Below, piece by piece: positions 1 to 12,698 of a DNA stretch of 64,000 nucleotides (positions are counted from its first letter, which is position 1; every line of letters begins with the position of its first letter). The notes under the pieces are model-generated. The model was not told where the DNA came from. It worked only from the letters and a program-made list of their open reading frames with translations, and searched no databases. Source of the DNA: Mobula hypostoma. Its lineage: Eukaryota. The position numbers and the translations under genes were made by a program. The stretch covers positions 125,924,001 through 125,988,000 of the forward strand of contig NC_086097.1 of NCBI RefSeq assembly GCF_963921235.1, in the 5' to 3' direction.

Positions 1-1365
1 GTGGTAAGCCATTGAGATTGCGTCTGCCATTGACCTATTGTGGCAATAGGCAAATTGCAATGGGTCCAGGTCCTTGCTGAGGCAGGAGTTCAGACTAGTC
101 ATGACCAACCTCTCAAAGCATTTCATCACTGTCGATGTGAGTGCTACCGGGCAATAGTCATTAAGGCAGTCCACATTATTCTTCTTAGGCATTGGTATAA
201 TTGTTGCCTTTTTGAAGCGAGTGGGAACTTCCGCCCATAGCAATGAGAGGTTGAAAATATTCTTGAATACTCCTGCTAGTTGGTTGGCCCAGGTTTTCAG
301 AGCCTTACCATGTACTGCATCGGGACTTTCCGCTTTGGGAGGGTTCACTCTCTATTTAAAGACAGTCTAACATCGGCCTCTGAGACGGAGATCACAAGGT
401 CATCAGGCGCAGCAGGGATCTTCACAGCTGCAGTTGTGTTCTCCCTTTCAAAGCGTGCATAGAAGGCATTAAGTTCATCTGGCAGTGAAGCATCGCTGCC
501 ATTCATGCTCATAGGTTTTGCTTTGTAGAAAGTAATGTCTTACATACCCTGTCAGAGTTGCCGTGCATCCAATGTCCCCTCCAACCTTGTTCGAAACTGT
601 CTCTTCGCCCTTGAAATAGCCCTCTGCAAATCATACCTGGTTTTCTGGTACAGGCCTGGGTTGCCAGACTTGAATGCCACAGATCTAGCCTTCAGCAGAC
701 GATGTACCTCCTGGCTCATCCATGGCTTTTGGTTTGGGAATGTACAGTAAGTCTTTGGGGGCACACACTCATCCACACAGGTTTTAATGAAGTCGGTAAC
801 AACTGCAGCATACTCATCTAGGTCCTCACTGCTTGTGCTGCAGTCTTCAGTCTCTGCCTATACTCAGAGTAGAAGTACAGCTAGGTGTTCAGACTTCCCA
901 AAGTGAGGGCGTGGAACAGCAGGCATTCTTGATGGTGGTGTAGCAATGGTCCTGTGTGTTGTTTCCTCTGGTATTGCAAGTGATCTGTTGATGGTAGTTG
1001 CTTAGTAATTCTTTCAGACTGGCCTGGTTAAAATCTCCCAAAACGATGATGAAGGCATTAGGGTGAGCTGTTTTATGCATGTCGATCCCATTACTCAGAT
1101 CATCTAAAGCCTGAGATGGAATGTAAACTGGTACCAAAATGACCCCAGAGAACTCCCGTGGCTGGTAAAAAGGACGGTACTTTACTGCTAGATATTCCAG
1201 GTCTGGTGAGCAGAATTGAGACAGCACGGATATATTTGTGCACCAAGAAAAGTTGATCATGAGGCATACTCCCCACCTCTGCCTTTGAGAGTCTATAGAT
1301 CTATCCTGACGGTGTATAGCAAACCTGTCAATCTGGATCGCTGCATCTGGTACAGAAGGGGCTAC

Positions 1366-2215
1366 TTTATACTTTATAGTCGCCAAACAATTGATACTAG
1401 AACGTACAATCATCACAGCGATATTTGATTCTGCGCTTCCCACTTCCTGGATTACAAATATTAAGTATTAAAATATTAAAAATAGTTTTTAAAAAATTAG
1501 TAAATATTAAAAATTTAAATTATAAATCATAAATAGAAAATAGAAAAATGGAAGGTAAGGTAGTGAAAAGAAACCGAGAGGCAGATCTGGATATTTGGAG
1601 GGTACAGCCCAGATCCGGGTCAGAATCTGTTCAGCAGTCTTATCACAGTTGGGAAGAAGCTGTTCCCAAATCTGGCCATACGAGCCTTCAAGCTCCTGAG
1701 CCATCACCTGGAGGGAAGAGGGACGAAAAGTGTGTTGGCTGGGTGGGTCGTGTCCTTGATTATCCTGGCAGCACTGCTCCGACAGCATGTGGTGTAAAGT
1801 GAGTTCAAGGACAGAAGATTGGTTTGTGTGAAGTGCTGTGCTGTGATCACAATCTTCTGCAGCTTATTTTGGTCTTGGACAGGACAACTTCCATACCAGG
1901 TTGTGATGCACCCTAGAAGAATGCTTTCTACTGTGCATCTATAAAAATTAGTGAGGGTTTTAGGGGACAGGCCAAATTTCTTTAGTTTTCTCAGGAAGTA
2001 AAGGCGCTAGTGGGCCTTCTTGGCAGTGAACTCTGCTTGGTTGGACCAAGTCAGGTCATTTGTGATATTGACCCCGAGGAACTTAAAAGCTTTTGACCTG
2101 TTCCACTTGCGCACCACCAATGTAAATTGGGTCGTGCGGTCCGCTACTCCTTCTCAAGTCAACAACCAATTCCTTCGTCTTGTTGACGTTGAGGGATAGG
2201 TTATTGTTATTGTCA
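1366..2215 (-). mobile_element. 5'-truncated Rex1/Babar-type LINE 3' end with 3' UTR, inserted in the older copy's APE domain
   Basis: Highly similar to 47932-48730; splits the APE reading ESWLT | PSVPDAAIQ; TTTATACTTTAT tail. Confidence 0.8.
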
Positions 2216-2920
2216 AGGGATACGTTAACCAGGATTCCATGAAACAAAGGACACACGCAGTCCTAATGTCCCTCTGATTCAGCACCCTGGCTCTGAGATC
2301 ATCGATTTTATTCACCGGAGACTGCCTGTTCACCAGCAAAATAGTCAGTATAGGAAGTTTAAAACCCTGTTTCCTTAAACGTACTTGTAATCCTGATCTA
2401 TACCCATGCTTCCTCCGAGGTGTCCTCCATGGGCACTTTCGACCACAATCGGTGTTGTTTCCATCGGTTTTAAGCAGCAATAGTTTGTTTAAATGCATTA
2501 AGACATCTTTGTTGACTGTACTGACCTTGGAAGCAGTTGTGCTTTTTAGCTGTACAGGTGTCCCTCGCTTTCCGAACGTTCGCTTTACGACATTTTGCTT
2601 TTATGAAAGACCTACATTAGCACCTGTTTTCGCTAACCGAAAGTGGATTTTCGCTTTTACGAAAAAAGACGCCCACTTTAAACTTGTGTTTACCCTGAGA
2701 AAGACTACCATGACCATGAAGCCTTGCGCAGGCAGGTGTGTGCGCATGCGTGTACGTGCCGATTTTTTTTCTACAGATCGGTTTTGGCTCAATCTTCCCC
2801 GGTTCTGGTAAGTGAAACTACACTGTACAAACATTATTTCTACTTTATATAGGCTGTGTATTTATCATCAAAGTTGCTGGTGAACGCAGCAGGCCAAGCA
2901 GCATCTATAGGAAGAGGCGC

Positions 2921-2956
2921 AGTCGACGTTTCAGGCCGAGACCCTTCGTCAGGACT
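2921..2956 (-). ncRNA. Minimal type I hammerhead ribozyme (mirror copy, UBR5 sense)
   Basis: Exact reverse complement of 2974-3009. Confidence 0.85.
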
Positions 2957-2973
2957 AACTTAGTTAGTTAGTT

Positions 2974-3009
2974 AGTCCTGACGAAGGGTCTCGGCCTGAA
3001 ACGTCGACT
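2974..3009 (+). ncRNA. Minimal type I hammerhead ribozyme
   Basis: AGTC-CTGACGA-AGG(GTCTCGG)CCT-GAAACGTC-GACT: CUGANGA and GAAA core, stems I and II, GUC cleavage triplet ending at 3005. Confidence 0.85.
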
Positions 3010-4629
3010 GCGCCTCTTCCTATAGATGCTGCTTGGCCTGCTGCGTTCACCAGCAACTTTGATGTATGTTGCTTGAATTTCCAGCATCTGCAGAATTCCT
3101 GTTGTTTGTATTTATCATATCATTTTTGCTTTTACTGTATGTTAGTGTTATTTTAGGTTTGTTGTGCTATTTGGTAGGTTATTTTTTTGGGTCTGGGAAC
3201 GCTCAAAAAATTTTCCCATATAAATTAATGGTAACTGCTTCTTCGCCTTACGCCATTTCAGCTTACAAACGGTTTCATAGGAACGCTCTATCTTCAGATA
3301 GCAGGGAAACCTGTATCAGGCTGAAACAGGAATATTTAATCGTATCCATTGAGAGTACTGTTGTTACTTGAGTCTCGCCTAGGCGCCCCAGAAGATTTCC
3401 TGATATAAATTTATGGTTCTTTCCTCTTGGGTCTGCCATTGTTATCACCTCCCTCACAAGTTAACCAATACACATCTCCTCAATGCTTGAGCCTTCCAGT
3501 TTATTTCTTTAGCTCAAGCCAAGCTACATTTCATTCACCATCTCAATCCCAACAACCTGATGGCCTCCTCTGTTGCAGTGACAGATTGGATCTCAAAGAC
3601 AACAAAGTATTCTTCAAGCTGTCCATAGCCTGCATCACTGTCGATCAGATCAATGCCCATCTGGGCACAATGACATTCCATTGATTTGCTTGTTACATAC
3701 ACCTGTTAGGGTGCATTCTCCAGTTACCTTATAAGGTAACCGTAGCCTTCAGCCAGGTACCCAGAATATAGTCAGAACTACCTGCAACAATTCACTTCTA
3801 TCATCAGTAGCTTCCCCCAAGGGCCTATACTTGCCACCACACAGCAAAGCACAGAAAGTTTCTTGGCAACTCCTAACCTTCAAGCAATCAATATATTATT
3901 AGATTGTTTGTGCAATCTTCAAGACTACATAAGCAAATTTCCTTGAAGTATCAGCAAGATCAAACTCGTCAACTTCAGATGCCATAAACTCGGGTTTTTT
4001 AGCCACCAACTAAATCCTGATAGCTGCAACTTAAAGAAATGCCCTTGACTTTGACATCTTGCTTCATTACGAGATGGCCTTGGATGCCTAGAAACATTCA
4101 CTTAGTTCCACCATTTAATAATGCCTCCTCCATTTCCTTTGCTTGTAAACTGCTAACACTAATTCATGCCTTTGTTACCAAAACTTTTGACAATTCAAAC
4201 CTAACCAACGGTCTCTTTACTCCACCTTCAAACTCCAGAAAAAACAAAATTCTTGTTTCATCTAAATTCACTGTGCTCCCATCCATCTGTACCATGCTCT
4301 CCTGATTTTATTATAGCTCTGATGCTGAAGTTTGCTTGGTCATATTTTTGTGATTTAGAATATATTATTATGTCAACAATGTCGTTGAATTAACTGTTGT
4401 AAACATTTAATCTTCATACTTCAATCCTCAAGTACAATATCAAGTTGCAATTTTTTGTGCATGTGCAATTCTAAAATAGAAAAACGTGAAACGAACCCTT
4501 AAAATGCAGTATTCTGAAGATACTAGTAACAGGTGTATGTTTGTTATAGGAATGTTTAAATAAGGAAGCAACAATGCTATACTCTATACCAAATCTTAAA
4601 ATTAACAAGGCCCTCACTTCCTTTGCAAT

Positions 4630-4750
4630 CCTGAAGGAGGATCTCGGCACAAAACATCAACTATCCACAGTATTCATTTCCAGAGATGCTGCCAGACCTG
4701 CTGAGTTCCTCCAAGATTGTGATTTTGTGTTGCTTTTGATTTCCGACTCT
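4630..4750 (+). mobile_element. Degenerate Penelope pLTR remnant
   Basis: GATGCTGCCAGACCTGCTGAGTTCCTCCA motif; hammerhead core is mutated. Confidence 0.55.
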
Positions 4751-7700
4751 CTCGTATTTATGATTTACAAGACCAACTAGACACAAGAAATTTTAGCACA
4801 TATAGGAGTGAATTGACTGGGTTATGAGAGCTGATTGCTTAAATGAGATGATCAATTTAGAAATCAGAGACCATTTCCTGTCATCACAAACATTTCATCT
4901 CCCCTTCCCCCACAAGGAACAGAATGGAATACTGTCCAAACTCATGTCCCAATCGCCTGGTCACAGCTATTGCACTGAATAATTGTGTAGACAATCCTCA
5001 CTGATTTATATGATGCAAATGTCACATTTCACTGTATATTTCAATGTACATGGGACAAATAAAGCTAATCTAATCTTTAATCTTTAAAAATCCACCGCTG
5101 CACTCAGGTGTTTCTGTAACCTTACTAGCTGTCCAAATGGGGCAACTTCCAAATGAAGAGGAAATCCTGTGCACAGTTTTAAGAAATCATTGAAAAACAT
5201 GTTTTAAAAAATGAGAATCTTGATTGACTAACACATAAAATGCATTGGTATATCAACTACAAATTACTATACAAATTATTTGAATCTTTTCAGGATTATC
5301 TTATTTCTTATAATAAAGTTCTAACTTAATGAAACTCTATATAAAATTCCAAAATCACCTTATGAGAAATGGAACACCTGGCTTATTAATGGCTAATCAT
5401 GAAAATCTACAGTTGAGATAGCTTTAATTAACTGTCTGAACAAGACTTTCCACCCACACCATCTCCAAAATACAGTGGCACTCAATGTCTTGATCAAAAA
5501 TTAACAAAATTCAGAACTTTGGAAGAATGTTAACAATACCTCCAATATTTCAATAGCCATCTCTTTCAATTTCTTCTAAAATTCTGGGAAGGCAACGACT
5601 GTAACTCCATTATTTAAGAAAGAGAGGGAGAGAAAAAAAAATGACACAACAAGCCTAACAGTAGTTTTAGGGATGATTCTAAAGTCTATTACAAGGGATG
5701 TGGTATCAAAAAGATTATAGACAAAATCAGCATGGATTTATGAAAATGATAAACAGACCAACAAGTTTCTGAGGATGCGACTTTTGGTACAGATAACAGA
5801 AAACAAGACAATGTGGTTAATTTGCTGAGTATTTAAGGACAGACAAGTATCTGGACACATAAGGCATTAAGCAATATAGGAAGAAAGTGGAAACAGAAGA
5901 TTCTATGGAGTAATGACATATGCTTCTATGGCCCACTCGTTTCTATTTTCTATATTTTTAGAAGTTACAAAATCAAGAGGACCGAATATTATGTACTTCT
6001 TAAGAAATCAAACCACCACGACCTCATAAAGGAAACTTTACCATAATGGATAACTTGTTCTACCACTGAAGTGAACTGAAAATTACTAATCATGTTGAAG
6101 GTAATTCACAATTTATGCCCATTCACACTACACATCATCCAACTGAATGTCTTTTCATTAAATGTCACTGAAAGACTTCAGACGTTTCAACCAGTACTTT
6201 TTTACTGCAGCATTCCCAAAATTACAAGCAACTTCTTTCTGGTGCAAATGTTCATTCAATAATTTAAATGTGACAGACAAAACATGCCATAAAAATTTTT
6301 CTTCTAATTATGAATAATAGTAGCAGAGTAGCAATGAACTGATGCATCCACACAAAAATTTAACAGCTAGTTTGAAAGGAAAACCCACAAAAGACATTAA
6401 AAGAAACTTGCACTCACATAATAATCTACTACTTTGAAAATCAAATAAAACCCTAATGATTTTAATCTACTCATTACAAAGCAATATGCTGGAAATCAAT
6501 TCACAACAGTTATCACGGTCACTAAATCCTGCAATAAGACTAGAATGCAAAGGGGCAAAATCGGTACTTGGTCCACCTTTCAAACATGGCTAAGTTTTTT
6601 TCCGCTCATCCTCACTCTCCCCTTAACTCTTAACCGCTCTGCCAATCCAGAATCTATTCATCTCCACCTTAAATACACCTAACAACTTGCATATGAATTC
6701 CACAGATATCAACCACTAGATGAAAAAAATCCTTATCTGAGTTCTAAAGGGATATCCCTTTATTCTGAAGCTGTTCCCTTGATTCCTAGACTCTCCTACT
6801 AATGAAATTATCTTCTCCATCTCCACTCTATCCAGGCCTTTCGGCAATGTATGCCTTTGCTGAAGTTTCAATTAACAATAGAGCAAAATTCATCTCTGAA
6901 GCAAACTTGTCAAATGATCCATAATTAGCAAAATCACCAAAGAATCTCTCTAGTTCACTAATTTCAGCCAAATGGTAGGAACAATCTGTAGTTCAAACAG
7001 GCAGAGAAAAAAAAATACTACTACCCAAATGACCACTAATGGAAGCTAGAGAATTCTAGAAGTGGAAGATGGATTTGAAAGCTTTCATTCTGCCTGCAAC
7101 CAAGCATACCATGAGGATGTACTGGTTCACAATAATAACCCTTGAACAAGACACCTAGTGAAATCCTATAGGCCTATAATATAGCCACATGTATTGCCTT
7201 CAGAAGCCACAGAAGTTTTTAAAACAAACACATGCCAATTTGAGTTAGCTTTCAAAGTTTTAAATAGTAGCACTATGATTCTTTTGTATTTTTTCCATAT
7301 TAAAAGCATCAACTTAATTTTATACCCATCTGCTAAAATCAGTTTGGACATCTCAATTATTAAAGCAAGTAGTGCTCTATGATAGTATGATGAATATATC
7401 TTGCATTTAAAAATTTATATTTAGGACAAATTTAACATGTGCCACAAGGCCTCTTAAAAACAAAATATTGACAAGGATCCAGTCACTACACTAATTGCTC
7501 TTAATATTACGAGGTTAAGTATTCATCTCAAATATTTTGAAATCTGTTGATTTTTCATTCTTAACACTTCTAAATAGATCAAAGTAAAAGACTGTTTTGA
7601 CCCTATTTCAGATACTTCATTCCATTCTCAGCCTCACACATTTTTGGACCCATATCTAAAATTATGAATTTCATTTTTCACCCTCAAATGACATGTTTAA

Positions 7701-7809
7701 GTTTCTTCAAGTCTCATTACTCCAAATATCAGGGCACCATAACTCCTAATATTCCATTCAATATCTAATTTAACATCAACTCAATATATATGCCTTAACT
7801 ATACCAATC

Positions 7810-8345
7810 AGCTTATGAACGTGGCTCTCCACTTGGCATTGGACCGCCAAGACCATCAGATTTCAAAACCTGGGCCTCTGTACCTACACCCCACCCCCAC
7901 TTCTACAACTGGGTCCATGAATTCCTCATCAGGAGACCATATTGTGGATCTCCTTGCTGACAATCAACATAGGCACAACACATGGACGTGTGGTTAGCCC
8001 AATGTGTAGTGAGGCTCAGTTCAAACACCATCTATAAATTCACCATTAACACCAATGTTGTTTGCTGAATCTCAGATGGTAACAAGGAGGCACAAAGGAA
8101 CAAGGCAGATCAGCTAGTTCAGTGATGTCACAACAACAACCTTGAACTCAACGTTAGCAAGACCAGGGAAATTATTGCGGACTTCAGGAAGGGGAAGTTA
8201 GGAGTACACACACCAGTGTTCATTGAAGTGTCAGTGGTTGAAAGGACAAGCAGCTTTAAGCATCATCAGCATCTCAGAAAATGCTGCCACAAAACAAGAA
8301 ATTTCATGACTTGTCAGTAATAATAAAGCCATTTCTGATTAGAAT
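7810..8345 (+). mobile_element. Old Rex1/Babar-type LINE fragments
   Basis: AACAACCTTGAACTCAACGTTAGCAAGACCAGGGAA (NNLxLNVSKT motif) and a 3' tail resembling other copies. Confidence 0.55.
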
Positions 8346-8835
8346 ATAGGCATCCTGACCCGGAGATTCAACTCTGCATTTAATATTACCTCAGTTCTAC
8401 AGTCCCATCTTAGTAACCCATATAAAAGTGCTACCAATAGTAAAGCTATCCTAATTATAATACAATAAATGACTTATTTTTACTTAAACAATGGATTATT
8501 CAGGAATCCTATTTACATAGAGAATTCTGCATTACAAATGTAAAGAAATGTTTATTCCTTTGACATCATCCAACCTCTTTCATATGTGGCACTCTTCTTT
8601 TACAATCCTTTTAGGATATCTTGAAGGTGCAAAGCCCATTGTAAACAAAACTCATATCAAGGCACTAGTCAAGGTTGCTTTGCCTTGCCTCTGTAAAGGA
8701 GAAATTACTAGCACCAATTATTTGCTGGGTGCTGCCTCAGTTATATTTAAGAAAAGAGACCTTTTTGGCATTACAGTTAAACATGCCAGTGTTAAAGACA
8801 AAAAAAAAGCTATTTTTTGAGCTGGGCTACTTTTT

Positions 8836-9680
8836 TTTTTATTTTATTTTTATTTGGATAAGGAATTCACAATTATCATGTACTTTTTTCACACATATAA
8901 CCTTTTCCATTTTTTTATATGTATAAAACTACAATTATTTATACATTCTTAAGTACACATTGAGATGATATAAAAGGAAAATAAACATTTAAATAGATAA
9001 CTATGTACTGTGGTAAATCTAACCTATTAGGCTAAGTTGTTAAGAAAAATGGTAATAATAGTTTCCATACAACCCTTCTGGACCATTTCCACTGGTCCAA
9101 AATGTTGCATACAAGCCTATATACCAACCATTGTAGGTGTTTATATCCCAATTTGTTCGTGCTTGTTCCTGCCCGCAGACATAATTATCCAATCCCTATG
9201 TACTTATTTACTTAATTTTTTCATTTTTTTTTTTATCCCTTTCCCAAATCTTTCCCTTTACTTGTGTTAATTCTCTATTTTCCAAAAAAAAACAAACATT
9301 TAGACTAGGGGTGCTTACGTTAGCAATATTACTGTGTTGATGAGAAGAGCAATATAAATCATTAGGAGAGTCATCTAAAGTCTGCTCGCATTGGGGTTAT
9401 ATATTCAATCCATTTATTCCAGATTTGATAAAATGTTTCTTTTTGAGTTCTCAGGGAGTAAGTCAACTTTTCCATTTTAAATACTTCCAAGATAATTTTG
9501 TACCAATCTTCTAATGTAGGTGGTATTGGATTTAGCCATTTTCTAGTGATTGATTTCTTACTTGCCGCTAAGAGGGCCTGCAGCAACTTTATATCTTCCT
9601 TCTGTTCAAGGAACAATACATGCTCCAAATAGAGCGTCTCAAAGTTCAGAGGTATCTGGGACCTAAGTACCTTAACTAAT
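8836..9680 (-). mobile_element. 5'-truncated L1-clade LINE (ORF2 C-terminus, 3' UTR, polyA)
   Basis: ORF 9371-9628 ending KKSITRKW..PPTLEDW..MEKLTY..IWNKW; AATAAA plus A tail; 16-bp TSD AGCTGGGCTACTTTTT at 8820-8835 and 9681-9696. Confidence 0.88.
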
Positions 9681-10524
9681 AGCTGGGCTACTTTTTAAGA
9701 ACATTACATTTTTAAAGGAGACCAAAAATTGACATGTTAAACACAAGAACTTATCTCAGAATGATGAAAATAACATTTCCAACATTCTCAGAAGCTTCTC
9801 TTTAAGCTTTCTACTCATAATCAAACTGCTTTTTTCCCCCTATAGACATGAGCATTCCTCCAACCCACCTTTTCAAACCAATGTGCAAAGCAAATTGGGT
9901 CTGAACCAAATGTACCCAAAATCAAACAACCTGCTTTAAATATTCACCTTTGGTAGTATGGTCTGCCCTTCCCTTGAGATAAATACTGCAAATTTCCCAT
10001 TCTCCTTTGGTGTTTTAAATGTTATGCCAAATTTCTGGACTTCAAATGAATTTCAACCATAATGAACCCTGCAGCCAACCTTTGTCAGCCAAATCCACTT
10101 TGTTCCAACTGTCTACAGACATTCCCTCCACCCCCCCCCCCCCCCCGCAAACAGTTCTTCGAAATCAGGGCTTAATAAGGCACTTAAAAAACTTCTAAAT
10201 CTGGGTTAGGAAGTGAAGATTAATTCTAAAAGATAGTCAAAAATAGGTTAAGGATATTTCTGCTACATGTTTGTAAAGTCTCTGAAGTGCTAGTGCCTTC
10301 CATAACAGAATGTCAGCTGATTTCATTCTAAAATTCTTCCATCATTCCTTTTCTTTGCAGTTGATCATATGCAATTATCTATCCATTTTTTTTGGCAATT
10401 CCTTTCATTCAAGCTAAACACCCAACCTAAAAATTTAATACATTCAAAAATCATTGTCATGAGGATGAAATCTCAGTGTGATTATTATTTATCTGAAAAC
10501 TACACTTGATTCAACAACTCCATA

Positions 10525-11000
10525 TGTGACCATCCTGAATGGCTGTACCACTGCCTGGTATGGGAACTGTACTTCATTGAATCACAGGACTCTGCAGAGA
10601 GTGGTGCAGACACCCCAGCGCATCTGTGGACATGAACTTCCCACTATTCAGGATAGTTCCAGTGACAGATGCGTAAAAAGGGCCTGAAGGATCATTGGGG
10701 ACCCGAGTCATCCCAACCACAAACTGTTCCAGCTGCTACCATCCGGGAAACGGTACTGCAGCATTAAAGCCAGGGCCAACAGGCTTGAAGACAGCTTCTT
10801 CCACCAGACCATCAGAATGATTACTTCACATTGACACAATTGTATTTCTAAGACTGTTCTGTTGTATCTTACTGTACATACTACTTATCACAAGTTACTA
10901 CAACTTGCACATTGCACATTCAGACAGACGTAACGTAAAGATTTTTACTCCTCACGTATGTGAAAGATGTAAGAAAAGTCAGTTCAATTAAATTCAATTC
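10525..11000 (+). mobile_element. Rex1/Babar-type LINE 3' end
   Basis: ILNGCTTAWYGNC..LQRVV peptide and ATTCA-type tail. Confidence 0.7.
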
Positions 11001-11729
11001 ACAAATAGTCAACTAGAATTGAAGGGGAAAAAATATCACGGTCTTCCCAGTTTGTCCCCAAACTGCCTTCGTAAAGAGATCGGACACAAAAAAATGCTGG
11101 AAATACTTAGATGCTCAGGTAATATCTGTGGATAGGGAAAGTTATCCATTTACAGCGTTACTGCCAGATGAAGGAAGGATCAGAAAAATAGAAACAATGC
11201 TTAAATACAGAAAGACTTCAGAATACTGCTTTCGAGGGGATCTAAGAGAACACAGAGATCCCCTCTATAAAGGTGACACTTGAAGGATACAATACAATAG
11301 GCAGTTCAGAAGTTCACAAGATTTATACCCATGATAACGGGGTAGACATGCACTCAAGACTTTACAATGGCACCTTATGTTACTGAAACACGAAACACTG
11401 AAGTCTTAACGTTCATGCTCAGAGGAATTTAAAATTTGGTGGGGTGGTTGGAATGGTTAGGTAGGTAAAGTGCTCAGAAATAAGGAGTCATCCATTTAAA
11501 CTGGGATAAGAAATTTCTGTGGAATTCTCTCCACCACAGCTATGAAGACTGAAAATCACTAAATATATGTAAGCTGAGATGGCTAGAATTATAATCAACT
11601 GTGAGGTCAATGGATATAAAGAATATACAAAAAAAAGTGAAGCCAAGATGGAAAAAAAAATCACATAATTATCTAACTAAATGATATTGTGTTCAAGGAA
11701 TCATACATAGCCTATTTTGATTTTAAGGT

Positions 11730-12210
11730 CAATAACTGCTATGCAATAAATATCAAAAATATGAGTTGAGTTCTGGAAGGTAAGTCCGTAGGCTGTGTGT
11801 TCGGTGATAGGGCAAGTGAAGTTGAGTGACATTATCCTTACTGGTACAGGAGCCTGATGGGTAAGGAAGCCTGAGGTTCTGGAAATGACTGTTCCTGAAC
11901 TGGTGGTGCAAGTCCTGAGGCTCCTATACCTTCTTCCTGATGGCAGTAGTGGGGGTCCATGATGATGGATGCTGCTTTCCTGTGACAATACTCCATAAAG
12001 ATGTGCTCAACAGTGGAGAGGTCTTTACCCGTAATGAACTGGTCTGTATCCACTACTTTATATAGGATTTCCATTCAAGGGCATTGGTGTTTCCATACAG
12101 GCTGCGATGCAGCCAGTCAATATACTTGCCACCACAGATCTATAGAAGTTTGTCAAAGTTTTAGATGTCATGGCAAATCTTCACAAACTCCTGAGCAGAG
12201 GTGCTCCCGT
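11730..12210 (-). mobile_element. Rex1/Babar-type LINE 3' fragment
   Basis: LPSGRRYRSLRT and CHRKAASII peptides. Confidence 0.65.
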
Positions 12211-12622
12211 GATTCCTTCAAGGAATTAGAGATTTCAGAATCATAGCCTGAAACTGAAGAAATTTCAAACTAAAACAAGCAATTTTCCTCAGGTGCATCT
12301 TGAAGCAAGGACAGACAAGAGAGAATTATTTTGAGGTGGAAGACAGAAGGAACCAAATGAGATGGAGGTATGGCATGGGGGAAGAATGACTGGGAAAAAA
12401 AAATGGTACATTGATAATGGGATAAATTAAGAATCTGTTCAATTCAATGATAGAACTGGATAAAATCTTTCCTGTTCCAACGAAAGTTGGGAAACAGCGT
12501 ATCAGTTTTTTTTTTAAACAAGACACAGGGGCTAACAGAAGTAAAATGGAATGTGTTCTGCAAAGCTGTTACTCAAGCTACATCTAGCCTTCCCTTTGGG
12601 GAATGAATCTATATCAGCAACG

Positions 12623-12698
12623 TATAGTAAACTGATGGAAATATCCCTGCTCCATATCTTTATAGTAAACTGATGGAAATATGCCTGCTCCATATCTT
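12623..12698. repeat. 38-bp tandem duplication within a degenerate Penelope-like remnant (~12250-12980)
   Basis: TATAGTAAACTGATGGAAATAT(C/G)CCTGCTCCATATCTT twice, one mismatch. Confidence 0.9.

Larger units (their letters stand above)
2866..3064. repeat. Perfect inverted repeat, 95-bp arms, 9-nt spacer
   Basis: 2866-2960 is the reverse complement of 2970-3064. Confidence 0.95.
2869..3106. mobile_element. Penelope pseudo-LTR-only insertion in inverted configuration
   Basis: Nearly identical to the Penelope terminus at 22985-23074; 12-bp TSD TGTATTTATCAT at 2857-2868 and 3107-3118. Confidence 0.9.
2555..3313. mobile_element. Tc1/mariner (Tigger/pogo-like) MITE
   Basis: Imperfect TIRs CAGGTGTCCCTCGCT / AGCAGGGAAACCTG flanked by TA (2553-54, 3314-15); the host LINE reading resumes on both sides. 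Confidence 0.75.
1..3440 (-). mobile_element. Decayed Rex1/Babar-type LINE (5' region, APE endonuclease, linker), interrupted by later insertions
   Basis: Peptides NKIDDLRAR..CFMESWLT (2230-2340), HRQDR..GDFN..DHCYT (890-1360) and FPNQKPW..AKRQFRTRLE (552-776) are collinear on the minus strand. Confidence 0.75.

Noticed and set aside
3275..3457. Possible UBR5 exon 4
   Set aside because: Translation does not match the expected DGRVCRIGF continuation; it fits the LINE 5' region.
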